Shown piece by piece: positions 12,501 through 24,005 of a stretch of 32,361 nucleotides of DNA. Position numbers and translations under genes: made by a program. The notes beneath the pieces are model-generated. The model saw only the letters and a list, made by a program, of their open reading frames with translations. It made no database searches and was not told where the DNA came from. Origin of the DNA: Octopus bimaculoides (lineage: Eukaryota); assembly GCF_001194135.2 (NCBI RefSeq), contig NC_068982.1, forward strand, positions 32,024,051 through 32,056,411, read 5' to 3'. The stretch's first letter is position 1. Each line of letters opens with the position of its first letter.

Positions 12501-12516
12501 CGATGATGACGATGAT
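12260..12516 (+). repeat. Compound (GAT/GAC)n trinucleotide low-complexity tract
   Basis: Degenerate gac/gat units grade into pure (gac)n and then (gat)n at about 12424-12516. Confidence 0.95.
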
Positions 12517-13597
12517 AACCAGCTTAACAACAAACTACAATGGAGCACTTAAATTTATTACATTGCCACAGGTTAGTCGTTACAGAAAATATGCACTGAA
12601 ATTTCTTGCTGAAAATTGCAATTAAAGTTTTATACAATATCGAGACAACTTTATAATGGAAAGCATTTTCAGACATGTTAGCACACTCCATTTCACAAGA
12701 ACTGTATTGAAAAGAAAAATGAAGGAAAATAATAATGTAGATAAGGTTTGCTAATCAAAAGAATATTTAAGTACGTACTTTCAATAGAAATTTTACGGTA
12801 CAAAGTCTTGTTTACATTTACTGATGTGTATTTTTTTTTTAATTCTTTAATAAAAATAAAAGCTTCAATTTCTTTGGCATGAAATTTACTTTGAAATATT
12901 TTTTCATCAAGTGCAGCTTTTGCTCATAAAATAATGATGCAAGTGTTTAAAAAAATGTATTAACTATATTTTGATAGACGTTTATGCAGAAGTTTGATTT
13001 GTAAAAAGTGAATTTTAAAAAATGTAATTATGTAAAAAAAGTATATATATTTTTAGTTTACGAACGACAAAACAGTTAAAGATAATATTCATCAAAATAT
13101 ATCGTTTCTACCATTTCTTAACAAATAATTTTAGAAAGTTTTTAAATGAACACAATACGAATTTTGTTCTTAAGAGGACGAATATGCGTAAGGCTTTTGT
13201 GAATTCAAAAGAATCACTCAAAGAAAGGAAGTTAACAGGAATTTTATTAATAATCTAGTAAGGATATAAGAAATTCGTTACAAAACAATGGCAACTACAA
13301 AATTTCAAATTTCTAGCAATTTTAAATATATTTTTTATTAAAACTTTTAAATCTTGTTTCAAAAATATTTTTATTCGCTATAAGAATGACAACAACACCG
13401 AATACTTGCATAAAAATGTCTTTTACATATCTTGAGCGCAAAACCATACACTGATCAACCTTTTCATTTATCTGTTCGTGATGGATATGTTGTAGAATGC
13501 ATGTTATATCATGAGAATTCACGCACATAGACACAGATACATACATACGCAAATATATATACATATATATGTATATACATATATATATATATATATA

Positions 13598-14090
13598 NNN
13601 NNNNNNNNNNNNNNNNNNNNNNNNNNNNNNNNNNNNNNNNNNNNNNNNNNNNNNNNNNNNNNNNNNNNNNNNNNNNNNNNNNNNNNNNNNNNNNNNNNNN
13701 NNNNNNNNNNNNNNNNNNNNNNNNNNNNNNNNNNNNNNNNNNNNNNNNNNNNNNNNNNNNNNNNNNNNNNNNNNNNNNNNNNNNNNNNNNNNNNNNNNNN
13801 NNNNNNNNNNNNNNNNNNNNNNNNNNNNNNNNNNNNNNNNNNNNNNNNNNNNNNNNNNNNNNNNNNNNNNNNNNNNNNNNNNNNNNNNNNNNNNNNNNNN
13901 NNNNNNNNNNNNNNNNNNNNNNNNNNNNNNNNNNNNNNNNNNNNNNNNNNNNNNNNNNNNNNNNNNNNNNNNNNNNNNNNNNNNNNNNNNNNNNNNNNNN
14001 NNNNNNNNNNNNNNNNNNNNNNNNNNNNNNNNNNNNNNNNNNNNNNNNNNNNNNNNNNNNNNNNNNNNNNNNNNNNNNNNNNNNNNNNNN
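13598..14090. other. Assembly gap (N), flanked by (TA)n on both sides
   Basis: Run of N seen directly. Confidence 0.99.
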
Positions 14091-15169
14091 TATATATATA
14101 TATATATATATATATGCATGTGTGTGTGCGTGTGCGTATGTGTGTGAGCGTTGATATTTTTTATCTATTTCCGAAAGAATCCTTACAAAATTTCCCACTC
14201 AGATTAATAAGAAACCAAATATATTACATGAACAAATACTCTTGCTCCTATTTCCTGGAGGTAAAACAGGGATGCCAAAAATGTGATATAGGGAAACTGC
14301 AATTTGTAATGGAGTAGCAACTGCGCATCGCTGTTAATGTGATGTACAGTATCTGTTTTTCACGTCAAACTTTGTTTTCCTTTCTCCCTCTTTTTTTTTC
14401 TCCTTGGTTATTTCACATTTGTTTTATTTTCTATATATCAAAGTTTCAACGAGCTAACCGCCACATACATCACTTCATATAACTGCTATATGCACCACCG
14501 GTAGTACATCTTCGAAATTTGAGAAAATATTCTATTCTGTATCTTTGACATGTTTTCGAGGATATTTATATGAATGTTAAATCTAAATATTAAAATTTAA
14601 TTATGAAATATTGTAAAAATGCAAGAAGGAAAATACATTTCCTTTTAAGTGTGTAGCATGACCGCGTGAAATACGTGCCGTCGCCAGTAAGTTTTCGGCA
14701 ACAAGCTGTCGTGGTTCATGTGTTAATGTCAATATTCCTTAACTTTTGCAATGCTTGAATATATTCAAAGTTTTATAAGACATAACTTTTTTTATTCTTC
14801 AGAAAGCATAATATCTATATATTTTTTAAAGAATAAACAGTTTTAAGCGTGAAGCAATGGAAGAATAATTTAGTGTCAATCTTCCAGAGTATTACAACTT
14901 TTTATAAGTTTTTAAAACATTATCTTCAAATAAGTAATTTTATAAAAAACAAAAGTTATATCATATAAATTACCTATGTTTTTGTGTATGTGTGCATGAG
15001 TCTCTGTGTGAAATATAATAGTTACCGGTATTCTTAACGATACATTTTGAGTATTTTAAAGTAAACATGATTTCATACTGATATATGTACATATTTAAGT
15101 GTGAAACAATGAAAAAAATAAACTATTTCCTATCTTATACTTTATTTGAATCAGTTTCTAACTTTTTCA

Positions 15170-16690
15170 GGATATGACATTTTAATGACAATTTTGAACC
15201 AGCTATCTAAATCTGAAGCCGTTCCTTTACAATTTCCTCAATCCATATTCGTTCTGAGAAATCGATGCATTTGCCTCACATGTCTGTGCAGTATACAGAG
15301 AAGCTTGCCAGGGAAACTATGTCTTAGAAGATGATGGTCACTCAAACAATTTCTTGGAAGAGACTGCTTTCTCTCGTTTTCTAAGCAAGACACGGGACCA
15401 TTTTGCTATAATATGTTGTGCCTACTCATTATCCATATTTTGGATCTGATCTTCAGGAGAGCATGGTAGGAGAGTTATTGTATCAATCTGTATAAGTTTA
15501 CCTCTGCCGCGTGTAGTTGACATGTGGAACACACTGAAAATACTGTACAGTCGCATTGCTAGCTCCTGTATAAAGTACTGCTGCAACTACGAGTCGAAAG
15601 ATTCTCTAGGCAATCGGTTTGACATTCAACAATTGGATCAGTATGTCCACCAAACTAAATCGCTCCAGGTCAAAATTAAAACAAATAAACAAAACCATTG
15701 TATGCAATGCTCAGACAGTCTGTGACATCTGGCAAAGGTGTAACAAAATTCTGAGTGCTATATATGCAAACGATCTGGTGAAAAATGATTCTGGGATGAC
15801 TGTACAATGTCTCACAAGCTACCATTTAATTCTCTCGATCTCACCTTACAAGATATAACAGCAATATCATCGGTGATCTGACAGCACTACTGTCTGATGA
15901 TGTAAGACGAAATCCGCCAGTCATTTCATTTGCACCTGCTGGTCAGTTGAGAAAATATTTCAAAGAAATATATATTTACAGACGACCGGAAAACTTCATC
16001 TTAACCAACATAATAGAGATGTCTCAGCCGTCCAGTTTGTGAAAGTCTTACTTTAATTGAGAATGATGTCGAAATACAACCACGTGTCGCTTAATCTTGA
16101 AAGAAACTTTAAAAATGCTATTGAAAATTTATCCAAGCCCTTTACAGTATTAGAGAAACTATGCATGACTTTTTAAATGAGCCATCTTAGATCTCAAAAA
16201 TGGTGTTGTACAGAATATCATTAACAAGTCCCGACCTAAACTTGATGGTTCAATTTAGTTCACGTTCTCGTTGATGTTAACAATATGGCCAACAATCTAA
16301 TTGAGATTTTCAATCATTAACATCATCAATCACAATTTGTTATTGAAGATAGGTGTACCCATTATCTGGCTACGAAATTTGGATGCACCAAAACTATGCA
16401 ACTGGAGGAAAAACTCAACAGCTAGCCAATATTATAATCAGTTGTGTGATTGCAGATGTCTTTATTCCACCGGTTCGTAACTTGACATCAGGTATGTCAC
16501 TTCATTTCAAGTACCTTTGTCTGTGGATTCATTGCTTTTCCAGTGACCACCAACAAATCTAGATACGTTGATGGATTTGATTTGAATTGTTTACCGTGCT
16601 TAGCTGTATATTGCATGCAAACACTTTTTCCTAAAAGCAAGGAACTTAAAATTATGAACTACTGTCTGCCCCAGAGATCTTGCTGAATAA
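15170..16690 (+). mobile_element. Decayed Helitron Rep-helicase (PIF1-like) coding remnant
   Basis: Plus-strand motifs in the correct order across frameshifts and stops: CAVYREACQGNYVLEDDGH..FLEETAFSR..KTRDHFAIIC (15283-15420); WDDCTMSHKLPFNSLDLTLQDI (about 15793-15858; helicase motif II, WDECTM); LLSDD.RRNPPVI (motif III, GDFRQ.LPV); AILDLKNGVV (ILAPKN); HNLLLKIGVPIIWLRNLDAPKLCN (about 16333-16404); DVFIP; FPVTTNKS (TINKSQG); LYIAC (QLYVA). Confidence 0.9.
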
Positions 16691-17539
16691 AATGCATTTC
16701 ACTTAGGATATATTGTTTTATGCATGTAGTGTGTGAGTATATACATACATTCACATCTCTCAACTACTGCACGAGCTTATAACGCGAAACCGTTTCTATG
16801 TATTACAAAAAATATATGAATATTGCTGATCCCTTCTAAAAGTTTGGTTGAGAATTGCATGGAGGGCAAAGCTCTTCACAGTCCCCAGAATGTGGTGACA
16901 GGCAAATAATCACGGTGGTGACTATTATTTCTGCATGCTTGAAATAAAGGTTAAAGGAATGCATTTGTTCAATTGAATTTGGAGAAAATAGCGTACTACT
17001 CCCTACTAGTTAGAGAATGTATTCAAGGTTTGCAATTTGCTTTAATGTTATTGGCGATTTGTGTTACTGCAAAACGGTGATTGATTTGCTTACTGTAACG
17101 TCATCCCATGAAATGGCGACTTTTCTTTGACAGGTCTGTTCCAAAGATCAGAGCAAGAAATTTTATTTCCGAAAGGAAAATAGTATCTTTCTCTAATTTT
17201 AGCAAACTCTTTGCTAATATTTTCGACATCTACTTCACAAAATTAACTTTACAAATTATAAGTGAAAATTAGAAGGTATGTCAAGATATTAGCTTTTAGG
17301 CTTTCTTTATAAGGTAAAATTTTAATAAGTTATAATGTCTATGTTGCTCATGGGATCCTAAGGCTGCTGGAGATCCTAAATGGAAGTTCAGTAGTGGGCC
17401 GTATCTTTTTGTTATATATGTTGAAATTTAAGCTAAAATGTAAACTCTTGTAACGGCATCCTGGTTTCTGATTTCAGTCTATTTCCGAATTGCATTCTAT
17501 GTATTTTTAACTTAAAACTTTACTAAGGTAATACATATG

Positions 17540-18905
17540 ATTCCGGAGGAAGCTGATCAGGTTTCTAGAAGATAATGACTTGCTCCTTGGCACCAAGCAT
17601 GGCTTCTGTTCGGGAAGGAGCGGTTTTGTACAGCTTCCTTAGAATTATGATCGAGTGTTGAAACAACTAATGTATCGCTCACACGTGCATGTGATATGTT
17701 TTGATTTTGCAAAGGTCTTTGATAGGGTTGATCAGAAAGGCATTTGATAAGTCTGATAATATATCACAAACTACAGCCTCGACATAGAAAACTGATTGGT
17801 AACATAACTTTTTAAATGACAGGAGCAAGACTGTACCAGCCAATAGAGTCCTTTTGGAGGAGACATTAATAACTAGTGGAGTACCTCAGGGAACTGTCTT
17901 GGAGCTGCTGCTGTCTGCAGTGCCCCACCTCGGACATACCGTCAGTTATACAGGCAGTCACTCTTACTTACTATGCTTATAACGCAAGAAAATGCAAGCA
18001 GTAAGGAATCTTCAAGATGCTAAACTTCTACAGAAAGATCTAGATAACATATACAAATGGGCCAGAGAAAGCAACATGCAATTTAATGCAGGAAATTTCC
18101 AAGCCTTCCGCTATCAACCAAAACGAGTGGCAATCCCAGATGTAAACAGAGTACGTGACTTAATATGAGCAATGTTGCATCGTTTCATGCATATATCATC
18201 ATGAAGATGGCAATGTTCTGGCAAATGGCTAGATAGATTCGAAGTATTTCCAGCATAAGTGTCAAGGATTAGTATCCTTGTCTGTTGAAAGACATTTGTT
18301 CTCAGCTATCTCGACTATTGTTCTCAACTATGATCACCTCACAGTGTCGATTCAATTACTGAACATGAGGCAATTTTACGTTACTATGCAAAGAAATTTA
18401 CGTCAATGAAAAACTTGGACTACTGGCAGAAACTCAAAGAATACAACTCTTTCTCGGGAGCGATGCGGGTGAGACGTGCAATGATATACACGTATAAGAT
18501 CCTAGAGGGAATGGCACCAAACTTTTGCATCGAGAGTTGTACTAGCCCCCGAACAGGCTGCCACTACGCTGCTCTAAAAGTGGAACTCATTCCTTCTAGA
18601 ATGAGAACTAGGTACAGCAATAGCTTTGAATTCAAATGCCCGCTTCTATTTAATATGTTGCCCCAAACATCTACCTCCCACGGAGTTGGAGGTAGATGTT
18701 TTCAAGAGAAGCACCTTGTGCTTCTGCAGTCCAAGATCCCAGTTGAACCTACATCATTGCATGAAACCTAATCAAAAACTGCAATATAGACTCACATTCA
18801 CCAAAAAGCAACCGCATAGGAATAGGCATTGGAGATGTGATAGGACTAGCGGTGCGTCAACATTGCTGCAGCCCTTCGGCCAAAGCGCAACACAGAATAA
18901 AAGAA
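17540..18905 (+). mobile_element. 5'-truncated, decayed CR1-group (CR1/L2-like) LINE: RT domain, C-terminus and 3' tail
   Basis: FLEDNDLL.GTKHGFCSGRS; VICFDFAKVFDRVD (LDFAKAFD.V.H); TSGVPQGTVL; decayed YADD (YYAYN); LLQKDLDNIYKWARESNMQFN; then ORF 18406 NLDYWQKLKE...IYTYKILEG..PN...SFEFKCPLLFNMLP. It ends in gcggtgcgtcaacattgctgcagccc...aataaaaga. Confidence 0.92.
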
Positions 18906-19071
18906 CATGTGTGTGTTTGTGTGTGTGTGTGTATGTAAATGTACATCTATATATAAGCTTTCATACATACAGTATATGTGTGTATATATGTTTATTTAAC
19001 AAGATGATATTTCTTATAAATCTAGTGAGTTATCTCTCTCTATAGAATCTTAACGGCAAAGAAATGCTACT

Positions 19072-19291
19072 NNNNNNNNNNNNNNNNNNNNNNNNNNNNN
19101 NNNNNNNNNNNNNNNNNNNNNNNNNNNNNNNNNNNNNNNNNNNNNNNNNNNNNNNNNNNNNNNNNNNNNNNNNNNNNNNNNNNNNNNNNNNNNNNNNNNN
19201 NNNNNNNNNNNNNNNNNNNNNNNNNNNNNNNNNNNNNNNNNNNNNNNNNNNNNNNNNNNNNNNNNNNNNNNNNNNNNNNNNNNNNNNNNNN
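19072..19291. other. Assembly gap (N), (TA)n on the right flank
   Basis: Run of N seen directly. Confidence 0.99.
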
Positions 19292-20118
19292 TATATATAT
19301 ATATATATATATTAACTGTACGTTTCGTAACATTTTAAAATGCGTATGATACATATGCATGTATGTGACTGTGTGTGCGTATATTTGTAGGCATAGGTAG
19401 GTAAGTACTTATGCATATAGATTCTTATTTGCTTATGTACACAGCTAAATACATGATTTTGTGAAGTGTTGAATATTTCTCTTCAATGAGATTTTAATTA
19501 TTACATTTGTGCATTCATTTTTATTTCAATCTGCAGGCAAGGATTAAATTTGAAAACTTAATATGAATACTATTTAGATATTTCATATGTTTAAGGTGAT
19601 ATAAAATGCATTTTCATATTGATAACTTTTCATTTATGTCCTTTTAATATTTACTTCATATTTTTTTATATCTCTCTAAATGGGTTTTCCACCATATGAT
19701 TTATTGCTTGAAGCAAGAAATTATGATAAGTTATAATAATTAAAATCTACAATTACTACATAAAAGCAATGGATTCCAAATATATGCAGCAACATTTTTG
19801 TTGCTTTTAAATTCTTATTCATCTATAAATAGGATTTTATAAAGTAAATGTTAATAATGTTTTCATTATGCTCACACTTTGATCAAATCTATTTAGTATT
19901 ATTTTTCTCCACGCTGGAAATTTTGTAGTCGACAATGTAACAACACAAAATACTATATGAGCAAGAAAGAAACAAAGATATAAACAGATGGATAGACAGA
20001 TAGGGAGAGCGAAAGAGAATATGCATACAAGTGGAAATAAGAAAAAATGAAATAGTTTGTTAATTATAATGTAAGTGAATAAGTGAATATGTGAATATTA
20101 TATTTAAATGAGAATACA

Positions 20119-20166
<48 letters not shown>

Positions 20167-20262
20167 NNNNNNNNNNNNNNNNNNNNNNNNNNNNNNNNNN
20201 NNNNNNNNNNNNNNNNNNNNNNNNNNNNNNNNNNNNNNNNNNNNNNNNNNNNNNNNNNNNNN
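20167..20262. other. Assembly gap (N) within a (TACA)n/(TA)n/(CA)n microsatellite
   Basis: Run of N seen directly. Confidence 0.99.
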
Positions 20263-20732
20263 TATACATATATATATACACACACACACGCACACAGAGG
20301 GAGAGAGAGAAAGATGAAAAGTTTTTTTTTTATTTTGATTTTGTTAATTGTGAATTAATTGAGTATATCTGTGCTTATAATAATAATAGTTTCAGCGTTG
20401 CTTATGCTTATCTACAAATTTACATCAATAATTGCTACATTGCAGTAAATCGCAAAATCTTAATTCCTTAGAATATTAAACTGGATACTAGAATCAGAAA
20501 ATAAAAAAAAAAATATGCTTTCGGTCAACAATCCTTCACTTCAGAATTCGAGTTGAGTATGAAGATTTTCACAGGAAATGCTTGTAAAGCTTGCTAATAC
20601 TTGATCAATAACGGCTGTCCTCAAGAACAGGGAGATTTTTAAGATACAGTATAAACAGATAGTGTAATACTAAACTGTTTGAGTATAAAATGTCACATTT
20701 GTAATATATATATATATATATTTATCATAAAA

Positions 20733-21047
20733 GATTCACTCCGTCGGTTACGACGACGAGAGTCCCAGCTAATACGATCAACGGAACAGCTAGCTCGTAA
20801 AGTTAACATGCAAGTGGCTGTGCACTCCACAGACACATCTACCCTTAACGTAGTTCTCAGGGAGATTCACAATGACACGTGTGATAAGGCCGGCCCTTTG
20901 AAATACAGGTACTACTCACTTTTGACAGCTGAGTGGACTGGGGCAACGTAAAATAAAGTGTTCAGGGACACAACGCGTCACCAGGAATTGAGCCCACGGC
21001 CTTACGATCCTGAGCCGAATGCCCTAGCCATTAAGCCACACGCTTTC

Positions 21048-21048
<1 letters not shown>
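20733..21048 (-). mobile_element. tRNA-derived CORE-like SINE (family B), near full length
   Basis: The minus strand begins tgaaagcgtgtggcttaatggctagggcattcggctcaggatcgtaaggccgtgggctcaattcctgg (A- and B-box-like tRNA head). It continues gcgttgtgtccctgaacactttattttacgttgccccagtccactcagctg, which resembles the CORE motif tgtgtccttgggcaagacactt with a small deletion. The family name is not assigned. Confidence 0.75.
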
Positions 21049-21091
<43 letters not shown>

Positions 21092-21199
21092 CTGTGTGTG
21101 TGTGTATAAGTTCTAATTGAGGAAAGTCTTACATAACGGATGCATTTTGTATTATATGTTACGCAAACCTGAAACGTACGTATGGGGCTTAATAAAATA

Positions 21200-21515
21200 T
21201 TGCAGCACTTTGGGCTAGTGTTTCCTACTATAGCCCCAGAATGACAAAAGTGTTGTGCGTATTTGGTAGAAAGAAACTGAAAGAACATCGTCGCATATAT
21301 ATGTATATATCTATGTGTGTATATTTGCGTTTGTACACCCGCCACCACATGAAAACCGGTGTTGGTCTTTTCACATCCCCATAATTTAGCGATTTGGCAA
21401 AAGAAACTCGATAGAATAAGTAGCAGATTTTTAAAAAAGAATAATCGTTCGATTAATACCTTCTAAGGCGTTACTTCAGCATGGCTAGAGTCCAGTAACT
21501 GAATCATAAACGGTG
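21200..21515 (+). mobile_element. CORE-like SINE body and 3' tail, head missing, with an internal TA/TG tract
   Basis: gcagcactttgggctagtgtttcctactatagcc (CORE-like), ...tttggtagaaagaaactgaaaga, an internal microsatellite, ...ggcaaaagaaactcgatagaataagta, then the tail ggcgttacttcagcatggctagagtcc. Confidence 0.65.
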
Positions 21516-21565
21516 AAAGATAAAGATATTTATATGTGTTGTACAATGTATAGAAATAATATAAT

Positions 21566-21780
21566 GGTTTCAAGTTTTGACACAATGCCGGCAAGTTCGA
21601 AGGAGGGTGTAAGTCGGTTACATCAACCCCAGTACTGAACTAGTACTTATTTTTATCAACTCCTCGGCGGAATTTGAACCTAGAACGTAAAGACGGAATT
21701 TGAACCCAGAACGTAAAGATGACGAAATGCCGCTAAGCATTGTGCCTGGCGGGTTAATAATTCTGCCAGGCTGGCGCCTT
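21566..21780 (-). mobile_element. tRNA-derived SINE (family A) with an internal 26 bp tandem duplication and a deletion
   Basis: Head on the minus strand reads aaggcgccagcctggcagaattattaacccgccaggcacaatgcttagcggcatttcgtc; 42/60 identity to the 23771 copy by hand alignment. The B-box segment is duplicated (21668-21693 / 21694-21719). Confidence 0.85.
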
Positions 21781-21818
21781 AATAGGAATAATATATTAAA
21801 ACATATTCGTTTCTGTCA

Positions 21819-22209
21819 TCATTCGACATAGTCTGGTCGTGATGGGGCACTATCTTCAAGGATATAATCGGTATTATTGACATCAATAATTTTATCTCCT
21901 TCAGAAAGACGAGAAACAAAGTCGACGCGGCATGATTTGAGCCCTGAAAATAAAGGAGTGCAACCAAATACCATATTCTCTTTTATATTCGAGACTCGAA
22001 TGATTTTACGGAAGTTACTATATTTAGAAATGTCTTGTGAAATATTTCCCTCCGGTAAACTGTAAACTGGAGCACTTCCCGAGCCTTCTTTTACAAAGCC
22101 TCCTCCCCATAAAATTGATTTGGATTGAGCTTGCAAGAGGTATTCAAACACATCGCCCGAATTGTTAATAATAGCAGCGAGATTCTTTAAAATCATTCCA
22201 TGGTATCTT
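21819..22209 (-). CDS. Unassigned open frame; candidate terminal exon or coding remnant of unknown product
   Basis: The 125 aa ATG ORF (22196-21819) sits within a 152-codon stop-free stretch with non-repetitive composition. A possible acceptor ttattatttaag lies just upstream (about 22210), and the frame ends in tandem TGA TGA. No family recognised. Confidence 0.35.
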
Positions 22210-23354
22210 AAATAATAATGGGATATTGACCAACATAGTCTTAGATTTACAAAATGGCAAAAGGCTATGACTTCCTTTTATCATAAGTCAGCTCGATAAC
22301 ACCTGATCTGGTACAAAGCAGCAACAACAGTTGAAACGAAAACAGCAGCAGCAATAACAGCCGCAAAGATAAAACGCTGTTACTCAGATTTTACCTTCTG
22401 TTCCATGTGCTGCTTTGCGATGGACGAAATATATTTATTCAAGAAAATATTTGCTGGATTATAAGAATCGATGAAGATCCTTTTAATGATAGGAAGGAAG
22501 TGAAGCAGCAAATAATTCAATGATGACAATGGTGTCACATATGACTTCATTACACTAACAACAGATAGATAATAAACCAGTTATTTATTCCATTTCTTTA
22601 TTGTGTTTACAGATGATGTATCAAATGAAATAATTTCAACTAATTCCATACTTTTGATAACATATTGCTCCTGCATTCCGGTGCATTCACCTCAATATCT
22701 ACGCATGTTCATTTCTTCTCTGTATAATTATTCACGTGCATGTACAAAACTAATTTACGGATGTTAAACTGATAATCTGATGAATATTTAAATGAGGTTG
22801 TTCATATGGAAATGCATTTTCCTTCCACTTTCTTTCTTGTATATACTTTATATTTATTTATTTCATTATTTATATAATTATATATTTGTTTTCCTGGGGT
22901 ATTTTTCAAGCCAAATAGGAATATGCATAAATATTTCATTAAATTTTGCTTCTTTTTTTTCTCATCAAACAGTGTTAACATGCAATTCCTCTTGTAAAAG
23001 GCCGGGCAATTATTTGAAACATGATAGCCTAAGTACTATCTAAAAAATTTATAATGATATAATTGCTTATTTATTTATTATTTTCATTGATCATTTATTA
23101 TTGTTAGTAGTTTTATTTTATTATTTTCTTTAAAAATTTCGGGATTAATATGAACGTTCATAGCATTAGATTTTTTTTATTTTTAAATATATTTTCATAA
23201 TGCTTAATTTTTTCTTCAATTTTAATATTAATGTAAATTATGTTAAACACTTTGAATTTTTATTTTCATGCACGTAATTAAGTCAAATAATTAACGAAAC
23301 ATTTTAATATGATTTATGTTTGTTTTCTTCTGTTTTTGTATTTTTATATTTTAC

Positions 23355-23720
23355 GTATAGCTTGCAGTGTAGTACACCTTTCCTCAGTTGGCTGGAGATT
23401 AAAATTCTTTCGTTACCTCCCGAAAATTTCGGTTTCTCCAGTGGTGCTATCTCCGGGTAGCAACATTAATACTATCAAGGTTTCTCCATGTCTTTCTTAG
23501 TAAGTCTTTTACTTCCATTATTCAAGCTATCACCACACCAAACTACGTCCTGCTGTAGCCCTTCCATATCTAAGCAGTAGATTTGTTGTTTCACAACAAC
23601 ATTTTCACAAGCATCTTTAAGACCTCTATATTCCAGTCTCCTCATTTCACATGCCCTCTCCTCCATATTTTGCTCCGATTGCAGCTTCAACTCAGCAAAC
23701 ATTTCTTCTCTATCACGTTT
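23355..23720 (-). mobile_element. Possible RTE-like LINE 3' end and 3' UTR remnant
   Basis: The distal part of ORF 23475-23918 (EMRRLEYRGLKDACE...CLDMEGLQQDVVWCG) loosely resembles RTE termini (GRPR..W...VK.ACE..G.......C.DR..WR..V). The 5' part of that ORF is only antisense SINE. Confidence 0.35.
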
Positions 23721-23770
23721 ATTCTTATTGCAATATGAAAAGGAAAACAGATAAAGAAAAATAAAGAAAT

Positions 23771-24005
23771 AAGGCGGTGAGCTGGCAGAAGCGTTAGCAT
23801 ACCGGACGAAATGCATAGCGGTATTTCGTCTACAGTTACATTCTGAGTTCAAATTCTGCCGAAGTCGTCTTTGCCTTTCATTCTTACGGGGTTGATTAAA
23901 TAAGTACCAGTTAAGCATTGGGGTCGATGTAATCGACTTTAACCCTTTGTCTGTCCTTGTTTTATCCCTCTTTGTTTAGCCCCTTGTGGGCAATAAAGAA
24001 TTAAA
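23771..24005 (+). mobile_element. tRNA-derived SINE (family A), full length
   Basis: aaggcggtgagctggcagaagcgttagc (A-box-like), ...ttctgagttcaaattctgcc (B-box), ...ggggtcgatgtaatcgact, ...ccccttgtgggcaataaagaa. Flanked by aataaagaaat / aataaagaatt (possible TSD or tail). Confidence 0.9.

Noticed and set aside
12248-12625. 125 aa ORF with poly-Asp, Thr and Met runs
   Set aside because: It is a translation of the GAT/GAC microsatellite; the acidic frame shifts into poly-T/M and there is no domain-like content.
13322-14317. Long ORFs of 190-270 aa, and similar ones at 19064, 20060, 29467 and 31382
   Set aside because: They are open only because of N-runs and TA/CA/TG repeats.
22613-22767. Plus-strand acceptor (tttcttt…tttacag|) followed by 50 open codons to a stop
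   Set aside because: The peptide is unrecognisable, there is no supporting upstream exon, and it is on the opposite strand to the neighbouring long ORF.
23771-23870. tRNA gene
   Set aside because: A/B boxes are present, but the sequence continues into a repeated SINE body found in several copies and lacks a complete cloverleaf.
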